From positions 29,485 to 93,484 of the forward strand of contig JAQGDQ010000807.1 of the NCBI GenBank assembly GCA_030141605.1: a stretch of 64,000 bases of DNA. The letters run 5' to 3'. This document shows, in pieces, positions 38,701 through 49,883 of this stretch (position 1 is the stretch's first letter; each line of letters starts with the position of its first letter). This DNA is from Tubiluchus corallicola. Taxonomy: Eukaryota; Animalia; Priapulida. Under the pieces are notes generated by a model, which ran no database searches, had not been told where the DNA came from, and saw only the letters and a program-made list of their open reading frames with translations. The position numbers and the translations under genes were made by a program.

Positions 38701-41700
38701 TATCACAAGGCAGAGTCGACGAAGCAGAATCTATCGTCAAGAAAGCTGCAAAAATAAACCGGATTGAAATACCAAGTCACCTCTTTGAATATATTGAAGA
38801 AGAATATGAGGTAAATGATTAATTATATAACAAACAGTAAAAATATTGTAATAATGCAAATATGAAGATTCCCCTGACATATTATATAATCACTGGCTTT
38901 GGAAGAGAAAATTTAGAGATTCTAAAAGTCAGAAGTTGCCCCTTGGATCTTGGGTTATATGCTTTGTTTATGGAACTTCAAATTTCTTCACTTACCAGTT
39001 TCAATTACATTTCACATAACGATGCAAAAAATGGTACAATGGTTTAAGGCATTTCCGAAAATTTCCACTCTCTTTACTGTAGCCCACAAAGTAGAAAGTT
39101 TATTTCATACAGAAGATGCACACGGTTTTTTCCGCATATTCATTAGCTCCAGCAGTCGGTGCTCTTACAAGCTTAACTATCATTAACTTCACACCATAAG
39201 CTCCATTTCTAGCAGGCAGAAAAGTTCTCATAAAGAGAAAGAGAAACGATTTTTAACCTTAATGATTCCTTGTTAAATATCATAAAAATCAACGATTTCC
39301 ATTTCCAGGTGAATAGTTTCACAAGAATTTTTTTGAGGAATTTATTACAGTGTCTCTTGTATCACATAAGTCAAATGCTTACAACAATATTTCTAGACAG
39401 TAATGACATTAATTGTAAACTGTGTGTTTAAAGTCGTGGTTGCATTATAACATAAACATAGGTGTTTTTTTAACTATTATTCATCTTGAAGTTTGCCTGC
39501 CCAGTGTAAACTTTTTTTTTATATTTAATTTTGTCCTAAGTTTAGTGAAAGTTAAAAGTTTCCTTAGCGGTTAAAAAAGTTAGGGCTATGCCACGTTTTC
39601 TACTTATTCTTGAAAGATCTTGTCCCTTTCTATTAGATAAAGTTTTCTTATAAACATTTTGATGAGTGGAATAGTTATGCAGTCATGTTGTGTACTTAGC
39701 TTCCAAATTGAGCAATGCTGAGTCTGACTAGCACTTGAATATGTGACTACCAGGAAAACTAGTTCCAATGTATAATGGCTTAGCCTATTGAGGAGCATGC
39801 ATATAGATTGTGAAGTTGGCAAACGCATATTTCCAGGGTACATTTTATTGATGGTTTCAACCTTCTTAATGAGATGAGGCTCTAGTTCATCATCAGTGCT
39901 ATAGCCATCATCAGTAGCAAAAATTGTCTTTTATGTGTCAAATTAAGAATTGCAGTACTTACGTTGAAGAAGGCTTGTACTGGTGGACAAGTGGAGTGTA
40001 GCTGATCTGATCTGTACTTAGTAACACTCTCAGCTTCCCATTAGATAAATGAGCCTGTACTATAAGAATATTTTACCTTTTTTGCCTATTAATTTGTGAT
40101 TTTAATTTGCAGCATTGGCTTTTCAGGTTGATTTTGCTCACCACAAGGTGCATTTGACAGACTTATTGCGCTCTTGTATTTTATTCAGCCGGCTGATTAT
40201 TGTTGCCTATATATGGTATGTCCATACTGTCATTTTATACTTTTTATATTTATAAAGTAATTATGAATATATATATATATATTTATTTATACTTTTAGTT
40301 TTATATTTTACACCTTCTATTACAATGTTATTATGATATGTTGAACTTTTGAATTAAAATTAGTTTGAAACTAAAAAAGAAAAGCATTTTTATCTTTTCA
40401 TTTATAGGTCTTTTTAAGGCCTTTTGTCACCAGAATTGTTTATAAATCACTGCTTGTTCAAAATACTTTCGTATTCAGCACCTAGTAGTTTGCACATACG
40501 CTCTAGTTTCACAAGCTAAAAAAGATCCAAAGGGTTGCAGCAAAGTGTACTATGAAGTGTAAAGTGACTTATTTTTGAAAGGAAGTCCTACTGCTCATAG
40601 GTAAAAAATACAAATATATGGAAAGCACTTTAACAGCAGAATATTATAAAATGGAACTAATCATTCCAGAAATTTTTTGAATCCTAAACTTTTAGTTATT
40701 GGCAGGTTTGGCGGATTAATATTCCGATTAAAATGCTTATAATAAATTTAACATTTTACAGGTTTGTAAATAGTATGGTTTATTATGGTGTAGCATTAAA
40801 CACCACAGGTTTGGGAGGTGATCCATTTCTCAATTTTCTGCTTCTTGGTTTGGCTGACGTCCCATCCTACATTATATGTCAGATAACACTAGAAAGAATC
40901 GGCAGGAAACCAGTCCTCGTTACTGCTATGATACTTGCTGGAGCTGGCTGTATGTCCCTTGCGTTTATTCCAGAACGTAAGTCATTTTAACATTTTCTGT
41001 AACCGTCTCGTTTTGGCGCACGTTGTAAGATTTTTGCAAATGCCCGTCTTGGAAAATTAAACATGACTAATTTTTCAGAGTAGATGAAAAATTAGTACTG
41101 CAATCCACGATTGTTTGTAATTTTATGGCGAAAAGCCAAAAGCTTTGGCAGATAATTTGTTTTTAATTGAAGACTTAATCTTGGCTGTTGTATTTGAGCC
41201 ATTCTGTGCTTCTAAGACTGCAACAATGTGTGACCTTGTAGCTGATTACTTTAATTAATGTTTAAAATATTAAATTGCCAATGTGTGCTTGTACCATGCT
41301 TTCGTTATCTCTGCGTAAAGTTTTTCTTTCCACAGAGTGATAACATATTTAGAAATAAGATGGTTTGTAATTTCCATGGTGCCTTTTTTATTTGATGTGC
41401 TAATAGACTTAAAGACAATTAGAAAAAATACCAATATCTAGATGACTAGGCAACCAGAAGAATGTTGAGGTGAACAGAAACAATTGTAATTTCAATAGTA
41501 AAATATTAATCGCTATCTACAAGTCTGATAAGTGTTGTAGTGCTTTTTATTATTGTAGATATACATTGGCTTGTCGTCACAATGGCATTAGTAGGAAAGT
41601 TTGGTATAGCTGGATCATTTGCTAGCATTTATATCTACTCAACTGAAATATTTCCAACTCCTGTAAGGAATATTGGTGTCGGAGGTTGTAGCATGATGGC

Positions 41701-43003
41701 CCGTGTAGGTGGAATTGTTGCGCCGTTTGTTGTTTTGTTGGTAAGTTTGTTGCTCTTGGATAGCTATTTGCATTATTTTAATTTTTTATGTTCACAGTTT
41801 TTTTATGCAAATTCATTATTGTTTGTGAGATGATTGCAGAAGCATGATGCTGTGTTACAAATTTACAATGAAACCTGTTAATGAGTGCAGCTAATTTTTA
41901 TGTATTATAGTGTGTTACCAAGTGTCCAGTGTTAGGTTCTATGTCAGCAGAAATTCTCATTTTCCTTTCCTGCCCTAGTAGTGATGATTGAATTTTACCA
42001 ATTTTTCCTTCCAAAAATAGAAATGGTTTCTTTTTAGGTGAGAGAAATGTGTTATTAATAAGTTCATAATTATTAATTATTCAGCATGAACATTTATGCG
42101 TAATTATTCCAGGGTAGCGAGCATGCTTCGATACCATATTACGTGTTTGGTGGTTGTGCAATCCTCGCAGGTTTGCTAATGATCTCCCTCCCAGAAACAT
42201 TAAATCACCAGCTACCAGAAACCATAGAGGATGCAGAAAACTTGGGGAAAAGGTGAGTTTACTGAATCAGTCCTAAGCGTACATACTTCGTTTAGCAGTA
42301 TAGTGTTTTAACTGTTTTAATTATGTTTTACAGTATCATTGTAATAATTGATAAACGGCTCAAGGATTTTCTTTCCTAAGGCAATAAACAACATTATTAT
42401 TTCATTTTACAGCACTCCGACTTCTTTTGAAGTGTTTATGTAACAGTTCATTTATTTTTGCTGCTACGGTTTAAAGAGCTGCTTGAAACGATCTATTGAA
42501 ATGCAGAGCAAATACCAAATTAATGGAATTTAACAGCGCAGTTTGTTGTTATTTCAATAATACAAATTTTGGCATGTACCCTGTAAGAAAACAAATTTTT
42601 GGTAGCTAGGTGATAGTCTCAGCTTATTGTGTTAAGGTTAATCTGAACATCGTTTTTATGCTGAAAGTTGTGATTGAAGTTAATTATCATAAATTGTCGT
42701 TTCCCTTTAAAATTAAATGAATCATATGAGTTTATTCTATCATGAGATTACATTATAAATTATAAATAAATATCTTTCTGTAACCACGACATACTCCTTG
42801 AAGATAGAACACTTATTTGTATGCAGCAATTTGTTTTGCACCAAAAGTAAATGTTTAAGTGTTTATTAATTTGTATATAACTAATAACTAAATATAAACT
42901 GTGAATTATTTTCAGGTCTGATACACTTGTTCCAATACCAGATGAAGCCGAGCCATTATTATCAGCTAGTGATAGCCAAGAGCAGTCAGAAATTAGACAA
43001 TGA
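35713..43003 (+). CDS. SLC22: SLC22 family organic cation transporter (Orct-like, MFS); 11 coding exons: 35713-35855, 36271-36529, 36787-36890, 37158-37309, 37762-37930, 38672-38810, 40127-40215, 40762-40976, 41559-41740, 42113-42252, 42916-43003
   Basis: Motifs [68 protein letters not shown] and [13 protein letters not shown]. All junctions are GT-AG and in phase. The acceptor at 35661 implies an upstream 5' UTR exon. Confidence 0.93.
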
Positions 43004-43303
43004 TTTGTCTGTCTACAGTTGTATTAGGTGTTACCTCATGCATGTTAGTTTTATTTTATGTGACTATATTCCTAATCTGAGCTTCCATAAACAAGTTTCT
43101 TTCAATTGACTACTTTTGGTTTTCCATAATTTATCTAAAAGGCTAGAAAGCTTGAAAAATGTGCTGTGAATGTTGCAATGAAACCTCTTCCCAGGCAAAA
43201 GCAAGTGCTAATTCAATTGAGCAGGAATGGTCTCATCCATAGTCCACAACTGAAATAATGTTAATATAAACGTATTCTGCTTTTAAACAGGTAAATGCCT
43301 ATA

Positions 43304-43981
43304 CAGTGAGTCCTCACTTAACGACTCCCTGTTTAATGGCGTTTTGTTATAACGATGCTGAACATTTGACACCTTTTTTCACTTAATGACGCACGTTTCA
43401 TTTTTATGACAATTTTTTTACTTTGATCAAAGCCAATTTTTATTTTATCAACAACATCTGTGTCTAATTTGAAGTATTAAAACAGCACGTAGTGTGTTGC
43501 TCTGTTCTAAAAATACATTGTTAATTAAAACACTACATTTATTGTGTTTTTGCTTCCCGACTTAGGTACCTGGGCGCAAACTTTATACGAACGAGTTTCG
43601 CCTACAACCTGTTGCTATAGCAACCATGCTAGGTAATTGAAATTGTCCCAAGGGTGCCTTAGGGCTGACTTTGACTATGCCGTACTTATTGTTTAATGGC
43701 TGCCTAGTCTTCAAAGTTAACGAAAGAGAAATTGCTAACTATTTATTGGTAAAAGAGGTATGTGGTTTCAAGGCAGTAGGGCGAAATCAGTCAGTAAAAA
43801 CATGAATAAAATTCATAAAACATTTAATTTGCGATCTAAGCAGCACTGATTTTTGCCTCTGGAATGTATCTCAATTCTTCTACATTACTCTCTATGAAAG
43901 TCTTGGCTTCGTTTAACAATGTTTTGCTTAACATCACATTTTGCTGGAATGCATTGACGTCGTTAAGTGAGGACTTAACTG
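43304..43981. mobile_element. Tigger/pogo-like (Tc1-mariner) non-autonomous element in or near the SLC22 3' UTR
   Basis: TA|CAGTGAGTCCTCACTTAACGAC ... GTCGTTAAGTGAGGACTTAACTG|TA. Confidence 0.85.
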
Positions 43982-45499
43982 TAATTTGCTTTTAAACAGG
44001 TGTCCTATAAACACTTGGCATAGAAATGAGGCCTTATCTTACCTAGGGATAGTACGTGGATTGTAGAAATGCCTGCACTTTCTTTAGGAAACTTGTCATT
44101 ATAAAATAATAATTTCTGGGGTTTTCTAACCCATCTGGATAATAAATGTTAATAAGTTACTTTTACACTTTAGCTTGAATGTAAAATGTTTTATTTAAAT
44201 GCCAACAGATTCTGTAATCTGTAACAGATTTGACTACTAACATTTTTTAACCACTTCAAATATTATCATGGCAACCAGTAGATGGCAGCACATAATATAG
44301 TTAAACCTGCACTGCTGCTCTACTTGTAATTGGATTGTTTTTACGCTTTCAGTGAGCCCTGTTGGCTAGCAGAAAAATGGCCTAAGAACAATTATTACTA
44401 ATTTTTAGTGTCAATTTAAAGTATAAAATTATTTTGTAAACACTGGTATTACTATAGGAAAATGGTTTATAGCCTGTTAGTATTCTTTTACGCAGTTTGT
44501 CATGAAGTATTGAGTTTCCAGTTAATGAACATCAACAATGAAGAAACATTCTCCATCATGTTTTTTACCTCATTGGTATCATATTTTTAATCAGATTTCG
44601 TTTCCCACCCAGTTAATAGTATTAAGTTCTTTGTTAGACAAAGCAGTTCATTTAAACAAAAACTATTATTGTAGTAAGGTTGTAAATATGTGCCAAATAT
44701 ATGTGTAAATAATGGATGTATTATTGTAGGCTTGTTCTGTGATATGATTGCTAGTCACTGAAGATAAGCAATAATAAATTTTTTGCTTGAACATTTTTAA
44801 TTTCATGCTCTGCTTTAAATAAATTGATAATAATTATACGTGTCATTAACAATTACTGGATTTACAAGCTTGAATGGTGTGCAGATTGACATTTAAAAAT
44901 CACTAACTAATAATGACAGCTGACAACTTGATATCAACTGCAACTTCCAAAAGTTAAAAAGTTTTTTCATATGCTGACAACCGTTTCCATAGACACGTCA
45001 TGCTGAGGTTGAGTGTGAATAAAGCATTTGACTTAACATGTCCTTGAAACCAAAATACTCTGTTACATTTTTCAACAAATGTGTAGCCTGGTTATTTTGA
45101 AGTTATGTTTATTTGAAGCAATTAAACTAATATTACTTTTATTCTAAACCTAAATTGTGAATGCAATACCTTGCGATAATTTTGGCCCTAATGTTTCAGT
45201 TAAAATTTGTTCACTTTTACGAAGATATCAGAAGTGCTTTTGAAAGCTTGAAGAGCTTAGGACAATGTGTTATCTGAGAACTTTGTTAACGGCAAAAACG
45301 CAAGTCAAATTATATAGTTTGGCCTATTGGTCAAAAGTGAAATGCCACACTGGGCTGAAAACGAAACATTTTTTCTTTTTGTTCATAAATTTAGTACTGC
45401 GGAGCAAAATAAAAGTAACGTTGTATGGCAAACTGGCAGTATAAAGTATTTAGTGCAATGCCATAGAAATAACTGGAACAGGGTGGTAATTACGAGGAG

Positions 45500-45987
45500 C
45501 AGGCCCAACGAGAGAGGGGCAGTGGGCCTGGGAAGATTGAGGACGCAACCAGGGTTTTCTATAGCTAGAGCTATATAGCTGTTACAGTTGCACAGGCAGT
45601 GTTCATTCAGCACACTTCGAAGAGTAAAAACGGTCATGCGTTCATCTATGTGCCAGAATAGACTTTCAAGTCTTAGAACACCTGCTGTGGAGAAGAGCAC
45701 AATTATAGACAGGACCAAGTCACTCAAAGCTCCGTTGCACTAAATTTTTGTTAATTAAAAATGTGCATTTCCTGGCTTTTATTATTTTGCTTATAATCAT
45801 CATCACAGCATCAGTGTCTGAGGTTCTTATAGTATGTCGTCACAGCGTCAATGTTTTAGGTTCTTACAGTATGTGATTAATGGCGTCGTTTCTGTGTTTG
45901 GTTCTGCTTTATGTGATGTTTTGCCACTTGAAGTGGGTCCCTTAATGCTTGCTGCCCCAGGGCCCACAATGGCTCTCAACGTCCCTG
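45500..45987. mobile_element. hAT-type MITE
   Basis: Perfect 8-bp TSD ACGAGGAG (45492-45499, 45988-45995). Ends are CAGG...CCTG with imperfect TIRs. Confidence 0.8.
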
Positions 45988-46242
45988 ACGAGGAGAGACA
46001 GTTATGAAATACTTGCAGCAAAGCTTATCACCACAGGAAGATTGCTGTAATATTCCTGCATGGAAGTGCCTAACAGTAACAAAAAAAGCCATCTACTAGC
46101 CTTTTACGTGAGGGTCAAAAATAGTAGTGTATTTTTGGCCTTTAAGAGGAATCGAGGGAAGAACACGAACATCATGAGATACCAGTTCCGACAACAAGTG
46201 ATCATGACCCCATTTGAAATGTAAAGAATTGTTTGTCGTATG

Positions 46243-46862
46243 TGTTATATATTATAAGGCTGACCGATGGTTGCAGTTACCATAGGAGTCGACTTTAACG
46301 AGTTGTGGAAGCTTAAAGAAACCATATGGACTAATATGAAAATAATAGCCATTGCTGGGTTTCGAGGTACGGATGCGACCACAAAGCGGTGAGGTCCTAA
46401 CCGGTAATCTGACGCAGATTCTCTGTGCGACCTATTTAGCTGAGACGCTAGCTGTACAACATTTCGACGAATACGTTTACGGATACGGACGCACTCTCTA
46501 TGGTTAGTGGAAGTCGTGTGCGGAATAGCGGAGCTCCAGTGGAGACACGTGGAGCAGGCGTACGCTTTGCAATAGTGGAGAGCTCGATGAACACTCCTAT
46601 CTACCCGCTGACAACCAACTAACGTGTTGCTGTTGAAGCTAGAAAGAGCCATTGAAAGCTGGCAGCGTAAGCGGGTAGTTTTTAACCCGTTTATTTCAGT
46701 ATTGTAGTTTCTTTGGTACCTGTTAAACATAATTGCTAAGTGAACTGTGTTTTATGTCCAATAAATGTGTTGTTTTCACTGGCTTAAACAAGTGGTAAAG
46801 TCAGTTTGAATCAACTACTAAGTTATTAAAAACATCAGTGAAAGATCCTTTAGAGTTTAACA
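46243..46862 (+). mobile_element. Solo LTR (620 bp), unrelated to the 26-32 kb element, possibly BEL/Pao
   Basis: TGTTA...TAACA termini, TSD gtatg/gtaag (4/5), a CpG-richer interior and AATAAA at ~46760. Confidence 0.65.
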
Positions 46863-47929
46863 GTAAGGCAACGCTCGAAGTAATTTGAACAGAATCGATA
46901 TCCAAAAGAACCAGCCCCCGTTTAGGTACCTAGGCTGCTTCATACTTTCTGGCACTTTATTTTAGGCTAATAAATATTTACATTCTAATGTTAGGTCTCG
47001 CTCGGCCGTGGACGTAAATATTTCCTTAAAATTTGCCCAGAGTCTACCCCACTCATGTGAATTGGTTCATTGTGAGAACACCTCCTTCGCATAAACGTGA
47101 CAATATTACTAGTCAAAATTCTCCTAAAAATAATTTTTGACTAGTGCCGTGTATGTAATCTGCATAATATTTTGCTAAGCTTATAGTCAAATGCGTTAGG
47201 CTCCTAAAAGATGCCATGCAGCTATAGCTGCTTTTGCTACCTTCGATTTTCATATAAATTCGAAATTTCTGTTTTCTGCTCATATTTTCAATTTGTTGTT
47301 ACAGCTGTCGAATAAATTTGTTCAACGAAGCAGCTGTGGCAAAATACCTGCTCTATTCATCTTTAATTTTGCCGATTTTCACTGTCTTTTAATTGCAGTT
47401 TTGCATGGATAATTTTTAATTATGATGAATTATATACCTGGAATAAAGAATTATTTATTTTTTATTGTACGGATGATAATCACTATAGTGACATCACTAG
47501 TATAGTAGTGATATTAATTGGAAAGCACGTTGAAAAAATGTTACTGGAGGAATAATTTACAGTGTGCGTACGTGCGTGCGTGCGCGCGCGCGTGTGTGTG
47601 TTCGTGGCGTATATGTGCACAAGTTGTATAGGGACTATACAGTTACCGGTAAAAACATCATTTGCTTAGTACATTTCAGTCGTGGCTTAATTTTGTATAG
47701 ATTGTAACATCACCGATATTGTCGAGTAAATTGACAAAAATTTAATTTTTTAACACCACACTAAATCAAATTACGCACTAAGTTACTGGTGCTAATTAAC
47801 ACTTTCGCATCGAGAAATTGTGTATTCACGCAGTTCATACACGTGATTATGCTGCAATACAGCAATTTTTCTCTGTTTGCTGTAACGGAGTAATTGTTAT
47901 AAAGTGGCTGTTTGTTTGAGTATTCAAGA

Positions 47930-48480
47930 ACTAGTTTTAGGGCACAGTTTTGCCAGGGCATCTTATTTAAATCATTGTTAAAATATTCGACATTAATGTC
48001 GACAGCGTTTCTTTTATAGATCCATTGAGTATTACTAGTATGTTGTGGATTTGTATTTGTAATGCCTATTATAACGTTGTGATCAGAAAAATTGCATTGT
48101 TCTGACTTGTGTTCCAAAAAGTGTTGATTATTTTGTGCTAATATGTGATCAATTAGCGTAAAAGTATGTTTAGTTATTCTAGTTGCATCGGTATTATTCA
48201 AAAGAGTTAAGTTATATTTGTTAATAACATCTTTATATGCAAGGTAAGAAGGATAAGCATTTTAAAAAGCATCGATATTTGTCTCCTATAATTACTAATT
48301 GTTTGTTTGTACACGCCTGTTGAAGTTCTACGCCGAAATACTTTTGGAAATGTTTAACGTTTTCGTTGGGAGGTTTGTACACAACACATATTAGGTAATT
48401 CTCTACTATGAGGCAAAATATTTCAATTTTATTTGTTTTTATACCTTTGACTTCCTTATAATTGTAGTGTGTTGTAACAT
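47930..48480 (-). mobile_element. LINE APE-endonuclease fragment
   Basis: CVVYKPPN, ATRIT...TLIDHI and FSDHNVI motifs. Confidence 0.7.
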
Positions 48481-49009
48481 TTCTTTGAACTTTACTCGAC
48501 TTCTATTGGAAAAAATCAAAAAATCCGTATAGCAGCCTACTATGGTTTTGCATTGTATCGGCATCAGATGGAGAATTCATATCCCGATTTTCCCAGCAAG
48601 AACAAAAAGAATGAAATAGTCTGTTCATAAAAACCATTAAATGTGATTACATAATTTACGTTTTGCTAACATTAATTATGAAATTATAACACTAAATCTT
48701 TCTGTGCTTAAAACTATAACCAGTTATGATATGATAGCAGTTATTGGTAGACAGCGTACATGTATGGCGCGAAATACCTACATCCTACTATCATCCTAGG
48801 TTATTACACTAATTCTTTTAGCAAAAGGGTGGCGAGTCTGTGCAACTGATCGTTTATTTATCTGCTGCGCACTGAGTATTTTATTATATAATATATGCAA
48901 AATCACAAGGGCCTCTGTACAATAAGTATACGACTCGGAGTATGGAGCCCTTGTACAATACGTAAAGGCCCACAGTGGCGTATACTAGATGAAGAAAAAA
49001 TATATGTAT

Positions 49010-49125
49010 ATTGGGCTAAAGTTTACAATTCCCCACACAGAAGAAATTAGTTCGTGAAGCGGATTAGGGTTAGGGTTAGGGTTCGGATTAGGCTTAGGGT
49101 TAGGGTTAGAGTACTTTTTAATGCT
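49010..49125. repeat. Dispersed TTAGGG-containing repeat, copy 2
   Basis: ttgggctaaagtttacaattccccacac...ttcgtgaagcggattagggttaggg is a close reverse-complement match to ~14590-14669. Confidence 0.8.
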
Positions 49126-49883
49126 TTCCTTCCAACTTTTCCGTGTATTAAACATTGAAACATGCCAGCATTTCTAAAATTTGGAGGCCCACTCATGAGT
49201 TTGGTGTAAGGTCCAAAGAAGTTGGTGTAAATCCGGCCCAGGGTGTATTTTTTATTATCGTATCTTTATTTCTATTCCACAATTATTAGAGACGGTGAGA
49301 CAGTTCGGGCTATCCAGAAACCAATTAGGTCATAAAATTTGACGTAAAAATGCAAAAAAAAATAAAATGAAGCTTAAGAGAACCTTTATACATATTCAAT
49401 ATAACCAGTCCAAGTGACTTTTTTCTTATTATTACCTTAACAATGCTACGTGAATAATAATATTACTGCCCGGTAAATTACTAAGCATGTAATAAAAAAT
49501 TTACAACCAACTAAAACAAATATTATGCGGTTAATATATTAAAATCTAGTGCAGTAAAAACGGCGCTTGCAGATTGTATAAACAAATTAACATTGTTAAT
49601 TAATGTACAGTGAGTAATTACTGAAATGTCACATAAGTATAAAATCTATAAACAGTGACGTACGTAGTTACCGCCTAAATAAATGCAACGTCATTTCTAA
49701 GGAGCATGGCCTGTAATATCGTGATTGACTAGGTACAAACGTTTGTACATCATTAAAGACGTCTGTGACGGTGCAGAGAGTTAAATGTGTTATTAAGTAG
49801 CTGAGTAGATTAGTTTCCTACTCAGCTATAATAAGCTTTGGTACCTTCGTGACGTCAGCAATCGCTGCGGACGGAAGGTTCGA

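Noticed and set aside
46245-46730. 161-aa ORF as a gene
   Set aside because: It lies wholly within the putative solo LTR and has no recognisable domain.
49063-49110. TTAGGG runs as a true telomere or a chromosome fusion site
   Set aside because: Short, degenerate and embedded in the shared flanks of a dispersed repeat.
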